A stretch of 64,000 nucleotides of DNA from Eledone cirrhosa (Eukaryota). The stretch spans positions 9,672,001 to 9,736,000 of the forward strand of contig OZ024761.1 in the NCBI GenBank assembly GCA_964016885.1, written 5' to 3'. Below the pieces are notes generated by a model, which saw only the letters and a program-made list of their open reading frames with translations, was not told the DNA's origin and did not search any database. Positions 29,001-46,865 of this stretch are shown here, piece by piece (within the stretch, counting starts at the first letter, position 1; each line of letters starts with the position of its first letter). Position numbers and translations under genes: made by a program.

Positions 29001-29779
29001 TGCATCTGCTATACTGCTTGTCAGGTGCGTTTCGGTTAGTGCCATGCATAGTGCTTGATTGCTTATGGCTAAGTCTCCCAGGTAGGAAATTTTACTCATG
29101 TTAGTGAGTTTCACCAGGCCTCTGACTTTCAGCAGCAGCACTGGTGTGACTTTTGGGGTGCCAGTAATGGCTGTCGGTATGACCACTCTGGGTCCCTTAA
29201 CTGTGGTGGTCTCGAGTGCTGGTGTGGATGTGGATGACCCTGGCTCTGGAGACGATGCAGCCAGGTCAGCTGTCCCACAATCTTCTCTGCCATCACTAAA
29301 AAATGTTTCTGCTCTGCTGCTGCCATCTGTATCTCGTCGGCATGTGCGTGCCTTCTCCTTGTTGGTGCGGCACGCACGACATCAGCATACTTCTGGAGCG
29401 GCTTATTTCGGCTTTGGCTGGGGCATGTTGCGAGAGTAGGATGGGCATAGTTCGTTTGAGACCTAGGGTGGGCGAATCTGCATCCCATCCCTGTCTCTCC
29501 ATGCCAGCAGGTCCCGTTCCAGAAAAACTTGCACATTACTTGGGTTTTTTTGCTCCCAGTGTCTCGGTGCTTTCTGTTCTTCCTTTGAACAGTTGTCCAC
29601 TGGTCCCTCTGCGCTCGGTTCTCCTTCGGAAGGTGATTTCGCTTTTCACCTTTGCCCTTTGCTTGTTGGTTTCCCGGCCTGCCCTCCCTGCCTGTAGCGG
29701 AGGGTATATCTTTTTCTTTCAGGTCCGTGCTTGTGCTCTCCTCCTTTTCTTTTTCCTTCTCTTTCTCCTCATCCCTCTC
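26094..29779 (-). mobile_element. Decayed CR1/L2-group LINE, family B (CCCH-finger upstream ORF remnant, APE, RT)
   Basis: Successive broken ORFs: CKFFWNGTCWHG...CRFAHP; LTETHL/GDLN/SDHN; NYRPVSLTS; GVPQG/YADD; LDYCSQLWSP; 3' end gaaacaggtaaaagagta then TA; 5' end lost in gap. Confidence 0.92.
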
Positions 29780-29979
29780 NNNNNNNNNNNNNNNNNNNNN
29801 NNNNNNNNNNNNNNNNNNNNNNNNNNNNNNNNNNNNNNNNNNNNNNNNNNNNNNNNNNNNNNNNNNNNNNNNNNNNNNNNNNNNNNNNNNNNNNNNNNNN
29901 NNNNNNNNNNNNNNNNNNNNNNNNNNNNNNNNNNNNNNNNNNNNNNNNNNNNNNNNNNNNNNNNNNNNNNNNNNNNNNN
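29780..29979. other. Assembly gap (200 N)
   Basis: Run of N; different LINE families on either side. Confidence 0.99.
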
Positions 29980-31766
29980 TCCAAAGACTTCTTGAATTTT
30001 GTGTGGTCAGTTTCTGTTTTGACGTGTCCTGGTGTGATGTTGAAGAGAGCAGGGCCGATTGAGGTGAAATAATTGTGCCGTATTGTTGTTATGAGTTGCG
30101 ATTTAGATTTTTGAATGGGACGGATAGCACGGGGCCCAAGCCTTGGGTGTATCTTGAAGGCGATGCCAACATCATTTGGGCAGTGATGATGGAACATTTT
30201 CCACATCATGCAGATAATATAACGCTCACGGCGACGTTGGAGTGAGTAAAGTTTCAGGTTTTCTAATCGACCCCAGTAGTCAAGGTCTGACATGCCATCT
30301 ATCTTTTTCGTGATTGCCCTTTGAGGAGCTTCAAGTTTCATGATACTTTGTTTCGTGTGGGGAGACCACAGTGGACAACAGTATTCAAGGTGTGGTCGGG
30401 CAAAAGTAGAGAAGAGAAGGATAATGGTGCGGGAATCTCTCGACTGGAAGGTTCTGAGGATCCAGGAACACATTCTGCGGGCCATGTCAACTTTGCTGCT
30501 TATATGCGTGGTCCAGCTTATGTTGCTGTCCACGGTTACTCCCAAGTCTCTGATGTTGTTAGATGCCACGAGAGTTTCCCCGGAGGGAAGGGAGTACGGG
30601 AGTTTCAGAGCATCCTCTTTTCCAAAGTGGATCAGTTCGAATTTGTCTTCGTTCAGTAACATGTTGTTCTTTTCTGCCCATTGGGTAACAGCCAGTAGGT
30701 CTGACTGAAGGCTTATCCGGTCATCCACGCCATTGATGACCTTTTGGAGCTTGGAATCATCAGCGAAAATTTTAATGTTGCTGTGCTTGATGATGTCAGT
30801 GATGTCATTAATATAGATGATGAAGAGAAGTGGGCCCAACACAGTGCCTTGTGGGACCCCACTACTGACTTTGGCTGGGCTGGATTTGACTCCCTCAACT
30901 ACAACATGTTGGGTTCTGTTTGACAGGAAGCTCTTGATCCACTGCAGCAGCTTTCCAGTGACACCAATATTGGACAGCTTTCTCAGTAGAATGTTATGAT
31001 CAACCCTGTCAAAGGCCTTGCTGAAATCAAGGTAGATAACATCAGTGTTGGAACCCTCTCCCAAGGCTCTCAAAATGTCATCAAAGTGATGCAGTAGCTG
31101 CGTCAGGCAATCCCTTCCATTACGGAATCCATGCTGGTTGGAGTTCAGCATATTGTTACTCTCAAGGAAGTGGGTCATTCGCGATCTCACCACTCGCTCA
31201 AATACCTTAATGATATGAGAGGTGAGTGAGATTGGACGGTAATTCACGGCAAGGGATTTGTTTCCCTTTTTGAAGACTGGGACAACAGACTGGGATAGAA
31301 GGTTTTCTGGCACATATCCAGCATCCAGTGAGTTCCGCCACAGATTGGCAAGAGGAGATGCAAGTTGGTGTTGACACGCCTTCAAGACACAAGCAGGGAA
31401 CCTATCGGGACCTACTGCTGAATTATGCTTGATTTCCTTTATTGCCGCCAAGACATCAGGGGCGCCAAACGTTATGTCCGATAAGGTGTAATTGGGAGTA
31501 ACATCGCCGATACAGCCCAGATCGGCCATATCAGGATTGCTGAAAACAGAGCAGTATTGTTTCTGCAGTATCTCACCCATGGTTTCAGCATTGTCTTGAA
31601 GAGTGCCATTTTCATCAATTAGAGGGCCAACAGTAGAGCCAGTGATTTTGTGTTTTTTTGCAAATGAAAAGAACACTTTGGGATTGAGTTTGATCTTCTC
31701 AATGGCCCAGGCCTCTTCAGCTCTTCTCTGATTGGTGATGAGGGACATTATGTTGTTTTGGAGGTT
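29980..31766 (-). mobile_element. LINE family A copy 4, open RT frame, 3' end lost in gap
   Basis: Near-identical to copy 1; 5' truncation abuts the 5.5-kb TA array. Confidence 0.95.
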
Positions 31767-37309
<5,543 letters not shown>

Positions 37310-37966
37310 GGTGGCTGCCAACTAGTTTTCGAGTACGGCCACTACTTCATATCCATGTAGGAGGACCCTTACCGAAGCGCTGAACAAGTGTGACTTTTTA
37401 GTCCAGCCAGCGACTTGAAAACTCTGGTACAAACACTAGACTTGTGACCATTATTGACACATAGTGCTGGGCCCATGGTACCATGTGACGACAAGTGCAG
37501 AGAGATCTCCAGATATAAAGCAATGCCTGTGCTGTGAAGCTTTTATAGTGAGCAAAGGCACTGCACAAAGCCAGTCCCACTCTCTTAACCAAGATGATAT
37601 TTACCAAAAAGAAGAACAAGTCAACATCATTGGATACCATCAGAGTTGCAGGTGTTATATCAGAGTTTTCCTTCTCCTAGAATTCTGCCTTGACAAAGGC
37701 TAAGGGGTCATCTCTCCCAGTGATTTTGGATGGCCATTGACTCTTAAGAGCTATTTTGCCTTTTGACAGGTTTTGTTTTTAGTCCTGCAGGATGTCCAAA
37801 GTCACCCTCCTCACCAAGAAACCCTGGTGGGGTTGCCAGTTTAGTCGCCAGCAACCCGGCCATGAGACAGGTTATATATATATATATATATATATATAAA
37901 GGACGTAAAATAAGAAAATATTCTTTTAAAAAAATTTAAAAAAATTTTTTTCTTACTTAAATTTTC

Positions 37967-38048
37967 ACTCCAACTTATTAGTTTCTGCAATGGGATAAAG
38001 ACAGTTATGTAATCCAACTGTCGAGAATTCATTGCGTCATCAGGAAGT
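37967..38048 (-). ncRNA. Type I hammerhead ribozyme, array copy 1
   Basis: Minus strand acttc-CTGATGA-c-gcaatg..gacagtt..aactgtc..cattgc-a-GAAAC-taataa-GTT-ggagt; this copy has one change in the stem III palindrome. Confidence 0.8.
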
Positions 38049-38522
38049 CTATTCTCAGTTAAGTCTCCAGGCAATGCGCGGACACTGGCGGCTCATATAA
38101 AAATAATAATAATTCGGTAGATCGAACAGCTTGCGAGGACTGGATTCTATGTACCGAAATTCTCACTGCTTCAAGTCAAATGGCCGATTCTAAAGAATCA
38201 ATCACGTGACACAGAGGCTAGTTAGAAGGAATGGGATGGTAAGATGACTGACGCCTACTAACACCCCAAAAAAAAATTTTTTTAGAAGTGGTTTTGACAA
38301 GTTTGCTCGACAAATCAGTGATTTGGAGATAAATATAGATAATTTAATATATCAACTAACATAAGCGCACAGATGCACGCCCATGCCAGCAAATACACAG
38401 GTTATGTCATAGTACCTAGGTGGTTCAATGCAGGAGAATGCAGAACAATAATATAAAGGACGTAAAATAAGAAAATATTCTTTAAAAAAATTTAAAAAAA
38501 ATTTTTTCTTACTTAAATTTTC

Positions 38523-38604
38523 ACTCCAACTAATTAGTTTCTGCAATGGGATAAAGACAGTTATGTAATCCAACTGTCGAGAATTCATTGCGTCATCAGG
38601 AAGT
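38523..38604 (-). ncRNA. Type I hammerhead ribozyme, array copy 2
   Basis: As copy 1 with perfect palindrome AACTAATTAGTT. Confidence 0.85.
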
Positions 38605-39079
38605 CTATTCTCAGTTAAGTCTCCAGGCAATGCGCGGACACTGGCGGCTCATATAAAAATAATAATAATTCGGTAGATCGAACAGCTTGCGAGGACTGGA
38701 TTCTATGTACCGAAATTCTCACTGCTTCAAGTCAAATGGCCGATTCTAAAGAATCAATCACGTGACACAGAGGCTAGTTAGAAGGAATGGGATGGTAAGA
38801 TGACTGACGCCTACTAACACCCCAAAAAAAATTTTTTTAGAAGTGCTTTTGACAAGTTTGCTCGACAAATCAGTGATTTGGAGATAAATATAGATAATTT
38901 AATATATCAACTAACATAAGCGCACAGATGCACGCCCATGCCAGCAAATACACAGGTTATGTCATAGTACCTAGGTGGTTCAATGCAGGAGAATGCAGAA
39001 CAATAATATAAAGGACGTAAAATAAGAAAATATTCTTTTAAAAAAATTTAAAAAAAATTTTTTTCTTACTTAAATTTTC

Positions 39080-39161
39080 ACTCCAACTAATTAGTTTCTG
39101 CAATGGGATAAAGACAGTTATGTAATCCAACTGTCGAGAATTCATTGCGTCATCAGGAAGT
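39080..39161 (-). ncRNA. Type I hammerhead ribozyme, array copy 3
   Basis: Same motif, 557 bp from copy 2. Confidence 0.85.
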
Positions 39162-39636
39162 CTATTCTCAGTTAAGTCTCCAGGCAATGCGCGGACACTG
39201 GCGGCTCATATAAAAATAATAATAATTCGGTAGATCGAACAGCTTGCGAGGACTGGATTCTATGTACCGAAATTCTCACTGCTTCAAGTCAAATGGCCGA
39301 TTCTAAAGAATCAATCACGTGACACAGAGGCTAGTTAGAAGGAATGGGATGGTAAGATGACTGACGCCTACTAACACCCCAAAAAAAATTTTTTTAGAAG
39401 TGGTTTTGACAAGTTTGCTCGACAAATCAGTGATTTGGAGATAAATATAGATAATTTAATATATCAACTAACATAAGCGCACAGATGCACGCCCATGCCA
39501 GCAAATACACAGGTTATGTCATAGTACCTAGGTGGTTCAATGCAGGAGAATGCAGAACAATAATATAAAGGACGTAAAATAAGAAAATATTCTTTTAAAA
39601 AAATTTAAAAAAAATTTTTTTCTTACTTAAATTTTC

Positions 39637-39718
39637 ACTCCAACTAATTAGTTTCTGCAATGGGATAAAGACAGTTATGTAATCCAACTGTCGAGAATTC
39701 ATTGCGTCATCAGGAAGT
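39637..39718 (-). ncRNA. Type I hammerhead ribozyme, array copy 4
   Basis: Same motif, 557-bp spacing. Confidence 0.85.
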
Positions 39719-40193
39719 CTATTCTCAGTTAAGTCTCCAGGCAATGCGCGGACACTGGCGGCTCATATAAAAATAATAATAATTCGGTAGATCGAACAGC
39801 TTGCGAGGACTGGATTCTATGTACCGAAATTCTCACTGCTTCAAGTCAAATGGCCGATTCTAAAGAATCAATCACGTGACACAGAGGCTAGTTAGAAGGA
39901 ATGGGATGGTAAGATGACTGACGCCTACTAACACCCCAAAAAAAATTTTTTTAGAAGTGGTTTTGACAAGTTTGCTCGACAAATCAGTGATTTGGAGATA
40001 AATATAGATAATTTAATATATCAACTAACATAAGCGCACAGATGCACGCCCATGCCAGCAAATACACAGGTTATGTCATAGTACCTAGGTGGTTCAATGC
40101 AGGAGAATGCAGAACAATAATATAAAGGACGTAAAATAAGAAAATATTCTTTTAAAAAAATTTAAAAAAAATTTTTTTCTTACTTAAATTTTC

Positions 40194-40275
40194 ACTCCAA
40201 CTAATTAGTTTCTGCAATGGGATAAAGACAGTTATGTAATCCAACTGTCGAGAATTCATTGCGTCATCAGGAAGT
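40194..40275 (-). ncRNA. Type I hammerhead ribozyme, array copy 5
   Basis: Same motif, 557-bp spacing. Confidence 0.85.
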
Positions 40276-40750
40276 CTATTCTCAGTTAAGTCTCCAGGCA
40301 ATGCGCGGACACTGGCGGCTCATATAAAAATAATAATAATTCGGTAGATCGAACAGCTTGCGAGGACTGGATTCTATGTACCGAAATTCTCACTGCTTCA
40401 AGTCAAATGGCCGATTCTAAAGAATCAATCACGTGACACAGAGGCTAGTTAGAAGGAATGGGATGGTAAGATGACTGACGCCTACTAACACCCCAAAAAA
40501 AATTTTTTTAGAAGTGGTTTTGACAAGTTTGCTCGACAAATCAGTGATTTGGAGATAAATATAGATAATTTAATATATCAACTAACATAAGCGCACAGAT
40601 GCACGCCCATGCCAGCAAATACACAGGTTATGTCATAGTACCTAGGTGGTTCAATGCAGGAGAATGCAGAACAATAATATAAAGGACGTAAAATAAGAAA
40701 ATATTCTTTTAAAAAAATTTAAAAAAAATTTTTTTCTTACTTAAATTTTC

Positions 40751-40832
40751 ACTCCAACTAATTAGTTTCTGCAATGGGATAAAGACAGTTATGTAATCCA
40801 ACTGTCGAGAATTCATTGCGTCATCAGGAAGT
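40751..40832 (-). ncRNA. Type I hammerhead ribozyme, array copy 6
   Basis: Same motif, 557-bp spacing. Confidence 0.85.
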
Positions 40833-41307
40833 CTATTCTCAGTTAAGTCTCCAGGCAATGCGCGGACACTGGCGGCTCATATAAAAATAATAATAATTCG
40901 GTAGATCGAACAGCTTGCGAGGACTGGATTCTATGTACCGAAATTCTCACTGCTTCAAGTCAAATGGCCGATTCTAAAGAATCAATCACGTGACACAGAG
41001 GCTAGTTAGAAGGAATGGGATGGTAAGATGACTGACGCCTACTAACACCCCAAAAAAAATTTTTTTAGAAGTGGTTTTGACAAGTTTGCTCGACAAATCA
41101 GTGATTTGGAGATAAATATAGATAATTTAATATATCAACTAACATAAGCGCACAGATGCACGCCCATGCCAGCAAATACACAGGTTATGTCATAGTACCT
41201 AGGTGGTTCAATGCAGGAGAATGCAGAACAATAATATAAAGGACGTAAAATAAGAAAATATTCTTTTAAAAAAATTTAAAAAAAATTTTTTTCTTACTTA
41301 AATTTTC

Positions 41308-41389
41308 ACTCCAACTAATTAGTTTCTGCAATGGGATAAAGACAGTTATGTAATCCAACTGTCGAGAATTCATTGCGTCATCAGGAAGT
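41308..41389 (-). ncRNA. Type I hammerhead ribozyme, array copy 7
   Basis: Same motif in the partial terminal unit. Confidence 0.85.
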
Positions 41390-41459
41390 CTATTCTCAGT
41401 TAAGTCTCCAGGCAATGCGCGGACACTGGCGGCTCATATAAAAATAATAATAATTCGGT

Positions 41460-41537
<78 letters not shown>

Positions 41538-41586
41538 TTATGCATATATATATATATTTAAATATATATACATATATATATATATC

Positions 41587-41974
41587 TAACACCGGCCAGA
41601 GTTACCTCCCTTGACCTGCTGCAAAATCAAAAAAAGATATTTTTGCGAGCAATGAATCTTGATGTAGATTTAACCCCCAAAACTCTTTCCGAACTATATA
41701 AGGAACACTTGTGATTATTTATGCCCTTGAGAAGCCCAACTGGGCGAAACGTACGTAGGTGATATTTTAAATAAACATGTTTTAACGGTCTATTCTCCGA
41801 TTTTTTACTTTCCCGCGTGCTTACGCTCTGCTAACTCTCTAGCCCACTAAATATTAACACTTCGAATATTTAATACTGCCGGCACTAGTATCGAGCACCT
41901 TTGGCATACGCTACTTGGCAAATAACTATATGCATCACCTATCCCTCCTTTTTCTCTCTTTCTCGATACGTAAA

Positions 41975-41978
<4 letters not shown>
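41587..41978 (+). mobile_element. Probable Penelope-like 3' fragment
   Basis: Short frame ...AMNLDVDLTPKTLSELYKEHL* immediately followed by a hammerhead variant and aataaa; TA-flanked. Confidence 0.5.
41723..41762 (+). ncRNA. Minimal hammerhead, U3-A8 core variant
   Basis: ccc-TTGAGAA-gccc-aact-gggc-GAAAC-gtac-GTA-gg; palindrome ACGTACGT; stem I only ~2 bp. Confidence 0.6.
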
Positions 41979-42035
<57 letters not shown>

Positions 42036-42568
42036 TATATATATATATATATATATATTTATGCATATATATATATATATATGTAAATATATATATATAT
42101 ATTTATGCATATATATATATATGTAAATATATATACATATATATATATATATATAAATATAAATATTTAAATATATATATACATATATATATATATGTAA
42201 ATATATATACACATATATATAATAATTATACATATAAATATAAATATATATACATATATATAAATATATATGCATATAAATATAAATATATATGCATATA
42301 AATATAAATATATATACATATATATAAATATATATACATAAATATATATACATATATATATATATATATAAATATTTATACATAAATATATATAAATATT
42401 TATACATAAATATATATAAATATATATACATAAATATAAATATATATACATAAATATATATAAATATATATACATATATATATATGTAAATATATATACA
42501 TATATATATATATGTGTGTGTGTGTGTAAAATTAATATACATTATATATATGTGTAAATATATATACA

Positions 42569-42635
<67 letters not shown>

Positions 42636-42800
42636 ATATATACACACATATATATATATATGTGTGAATATGTATATATATTATCTTTCGAAGTAGCTGA
42701 AGCTTCCTAAATGCCCTGGTGTCTGGTGAGGACCATTTTATCTGTCTACTTTAGTGTCTATTATATAACAAGTGGAACACGAAGACGACTAACAGTCTCT

Positions 42801-42842
<42 letters not shown>

Positions 42843-42843
<1 letters not shown>

Positions 42844-43310
42844 TAGCCGAAATATCCGCGCCTTGCTGCGTTTCACACATTTTTTTTTTTTTTTTTTTGT
42901 AAGAAAATGATGATTGATTTTAAATCAGTGATATAATTTATGGAGAAAAAACTTGGTGATAGTCTTCCAAACGCTGTAGCGTGTCATGCCCAGCTCACTT
43001 GCAACCAGTCGAACAGTCAGCCAACGATCGCCACGCATCACCTCCCTGCACCACGCACTCAATGTTAGCCACCGTCCTTCTCATTGAAAGCCTTCTATTC
43101 CTGGGGTCGTCATCAACTTTTGTGCCACTCGAAAACCCGTCTCATCTCCGAGTAAAACACTTTAACAACATGTGTACCTGTCTCTACCACACCAATTCGG
43201 ACTGCCTGAAGAGGTCACAGCCAATGATGACTGTCACCGAAATATATAGAGCAGTACATCTTTAATAAACGAAGCCAAATTTTAAATATTTGACTTAATT
43301 AATTTATTTT
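42843..43310 (-). mobile_element. Possible non-autonomous Helitron
   Basis: Minus strand ends cgcagcaaggcgcgg-atatttcgg-CTAG|T (GC-rich hairpin then CTAG); far boundary approximate. Confidence 0.45.
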
Positions 43311-43324
43311 GTATATATATATAT

Positions 43325-43512
43325 AACAAAGGAAGTGTGGTAAGGAACCAGGTGGACCGTAACGCACCAGAGTACTCAATACTGAGGGTAGTAGAGTGGG
43401 TAATAGGAAAAGAGTCAGGATCCCGACCGTTGAGCTCCGGTCGTTTCTGCGTTCAGATCTAGCTGTCGAAATAGCTAGAGCTCAGCCGTCGGGGTCCTGA
43501 CTCTTTTCCTAT
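43325..43512 (-). mobile_element. Family F copy
   Basis: Reverse-complement match to 2161-2355; TA-flanked. Confidence 0.75.
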
Positions 43513-44477
43513 ATATATATATATATATATATAGGAGACGTGGCGTGTAATCGTGTGTGTATACATTATTTAGTGTATATATGTATCAAACTATGACATC
43601 GAGGTTCAAGTTATGACATCAGGGATCAATCAAGCTATCATCAGGATCTAACATCGTGCGCATATCGTAGTTCAAACTCGAACATGGTAGATCTAGATAT
43701 AGGTTGTGAATCAAAGTAGCTCAGCGTGAATCAAACCACAAAGCCACGATACCACACCACACCCCACTACACCACACCACGCCACACCACACCACGCCAC
43801 ACCTCACCACACCACACGTTCTTTTAGTTGCTTTATCGCCCTACCCAACCCAACCCCACCCCGCGGATGGATGAAAAGAAAGTTCAAACGTGACGATATT
43901 TATAAAGGGCAAAGACTTTCCTTCCTCTTCGGTCACAAATGTCCCTGGGTTTTGTACCAAGAAATTTCACCTCTGAGGCTCATGTCAGCAAAAATTGACT
44001 AAATTTTCAACAAAAATTGGCTGAATTTTCAGGTAGATTGTGGAAGACCAGCTATCACCCATGTATACCAGTTTCCCCTCACCACGCCACCGATGTTGTC
44101 CAAGGGAAAGGTAAAGGCCGATACAGCTTGGCATCAGTGACATAACATATAGTATACATACACTCTACTATTGAAATAAATACAAAAAAAGCACCAACAA
44201 CAACAAAGATAAAAAACAGTATAAAACTAATAAACAAAAAAGATGACCTGACATTTAAATTTCTGTTGCTAAATATAAAAAATATATATATTTCAAAGAC
44301 ATTACCATGTTTTTTTACAAAATACTACTACTTCTACCACCACTGCTAACAATAATTATTGTTTCTACATTTGGCACAAGGCCAGCAATTATTCTAGTGT
44401 ATTACTGGTACTTTATTTTATTGACTCCGTAAGGATGAAAGGCAAAGTTAACCTCGGCGGGATTTGAGGTTGAAATA

Positions 44478-44972
44478 TTAATAATGATTTCATTTATTGG
44501 CCACAAGGGCCGACATATAGGGGACAATACAAAGACTGGGACAGTGGGGCCGACATATAGGGGACAATACAAAAGACTGGGACAGTGGGGCCGACATATA
44601 GGGGACAATACAAAAGACTGGGACAATAAGGTTTTACAGAAAAATCGAGTAAACAATATGAATAACAAAAAAAGTAACAAGAAAAATACAAGAAAAATTC
44701 CCCAATAGGGGGGGATGACCACCCAGGGTTCGCTCAAGTACCCCACCAATCCTGAACGACCCGACGCTTCGAGAGCACCCTGGAAGGGCACCCCTCTCCT
44801 CCTCAAATGTATCCACCTACAGGCGCATGACCATAGTAGGCCCACTCACACGGGCCATTCTCGCCACATTCACCCACCTTTCAGCAAATGTACTGGGGGG
44901 GGGGGGTAGCACTTATCTCTCCACCCTCCCCTTCCTTTCCAAGTGAAACTTGAAAAAGTTGATGAGGGATTG
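44478..44972 (-). mobile_element. Tx1/L1-like LINE 3' fragment with internal ~40-bp triplication
   Basis: Homologous to 45320-45830; 3' end cccttgtggccaataaatgaaatcattatt; repeat gggccgacatataggggacaatacaaaagactgggaca x3. Confidence 0.6.
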
Positions 44973-45289
44973 GCACAAGACCTGGAATAACCTCAGTGCA
45001 TTACTGGTACTTTATTTTATCGACCCCGTAAGGATGAAAGCCGAAGCCGACTTCGGATAGTAATGGTTTCTGATTTAGGCACAATGCCAACAATTTCTTG
45101 GAAGGGGAAAGTCAATTTAATCGACCCAAATACTATTATAATAAATAAATTTAAAAAAATATATATAAAATGAAAAATAAAAAAAAATTAAAAAAATAAT
45201 AATTATTATTGTTGTTAAAAATTAACGATGAAAGAAGTAATTATTGTATTCTGTTAATTGTCCTAAATTTTCACAATCCGCCTCACGGA

Positions 45290-45292
<3 letters not shown>

Positions 45293-45322
<30 letters not shown>

Positions 45323-45980
45323 TTTCTTTATTGGCCACAAGGGCTGACATCAAGAAAAACGTTACAGACGGCACAGGACGGTACAGGACGGCACATGACG
45401 GTACAGGACGGTACAGGACGGTACAGGACGGTATGATGTGGGTTTTGTGCGTGTAAATATTTTTTATTATTTATATAAGAAAAGAAAAAAAGACATAGAA
45501 ACATATATATATATAATAAAAATGAAAATTGAAACAATAAGGGGTGGGGGAATTCCCCAATAGGGGGGGGGACCTCCGAGAGTTACTCGTGGCGAAAACC
45601 ACACAAAAGACCACGGCCACCCTGACCACCAGGGCAAGCGCCCTCTCTCAATTTTTCCATTTCTTAAACTACAGGCGTATATTCAGAGCGGTCCCGTTCA
45701 CTCGGACCATTCTCGCTACACTCACCCACCTTTCAACAAACTTGCTAGAGGGCACCACTTGCATCTCCACCCTGATATTCCTCTTCAAGTGAAACTTGAA
45801 AAAGTTAATTAGGGATTCGCCGAAGAGGAAAGTGTCTGTCTTTAACCCTTTCAACCTTGTCCACCACACAATCTCTTTCGCCATGGCCACCAGGCAGATG
45901 AAAACCGCCTGCCCTTCCTCCTTGAAGGAAGACGGCGTGACCATCTGCACAATGGACTCAGTCGATAACTGGATCAGTCC
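45293..45980 (-). mobile_element. Tx1/L1-like LINE 3' fragment with (ATT)n tail
   Basis: ORF end ...AMAKEIVWWTRLKG...F..RW.. resembles L1/Tx1 ORF2 C-terminus; aataaa then (ATT)n; a third 3' end at 45981-46100. Confidence 0.65.
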
Positions 45981-46109
45981 TAATAATAATAATAATGCTT
46001 TCTTTATTAACCACAAGGGTTGACACAAAGTATAACATTAAGGACAACACAGGACAATACAGGACGGTACAAATGGGCATTTCTGCGTGTAAAAAAAAAC
46101 AAAAACACA

Positions 46110-46155
<46 letters not shown>

Positions 46156-46744
46156 TTGTCCGACGTTCTATCGATACTGGCAATCCATATTGATTTATAT
46201 TTTAGGCACAATGCCAGCAATTTGGGGAGAGGAAGGGTTATCCAATTAAATTGACACCAATACTTGACTGGAACTTTATTTTATCGGCCCCAGAAGGATG
46301 AAAGTGCAAAGGTAAGCTCAGTAAGGTTTGAAACGAGAACGTTGAGGACCGTAAGAGGAACGCAGGGGTAGAAAGCATTTTACACTCCGCTTTAATTTAA
46401 AGTCTGTTCTAAACCCAAAGTCTCGTCAAGCCGGTACTTAACCCTGCTTTATCTTGGCGTTAAGCGACTGAGAATATAAAACTCTTCCTGGACAGGACGC
46501 CGGTCTATAGCAAGATTAACTCCTCAGATGATGGTGATGTTGATGATGATGATGATGATGATGATAGTGGTGGTGATGGTGGTAATGGTGGTGATGGTGA
46601 TGGTAATGATGTTGATGATGGTGGTGGTGGTGGTGGTAATGATGGTGATGATGGTGGTGGTGGTGGTGGTGGTAATGATGGTGATGATGGTGGTGGTGGT
46701 GGTGGTAATGATGGTGATGATGGTGGTGGTGGTGGTGGGGTTCA

Positions 46745-46865
46745 CTCTCAGTTGGGTGTACTGGAGCAACGTGAAATGAAGTGTTTTGTCCAAGAACACA
46801 ACACAGCACTATGTCCAGGAATCGAACCGACGACATTATAATCGGAAGTCCAACACTGTTACCAT
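46745..46865 (-). mobile_element. tRNA-derived SINE fragment
   Basis: Minus strand ggttcgattcc B box and CORE-like domain. Confidence 0.65.

Larger units (their letters stand above)
37897..41463 (-). mobile_element. Tandem array of a 555-557-bp hammerhead-containing non-coding unit (6.4 copies), retrozyme-like
   Basis: ggacgtaaaataag recurs at 37901, 38458, 39013, 39570, 40127, 40684, 41241; units near-identical; one hammerhead per unit; TA tracts on both flanks. Confidence 0.85.

Noticed and set aside
37841-38630. Small ORFs MPGDLTENRLPDD in the 557-bp unit
   Set aside because: Non-ATG start, frame depends on variable homopolymers, overlaps the ribozyme; no protein similarity recognised
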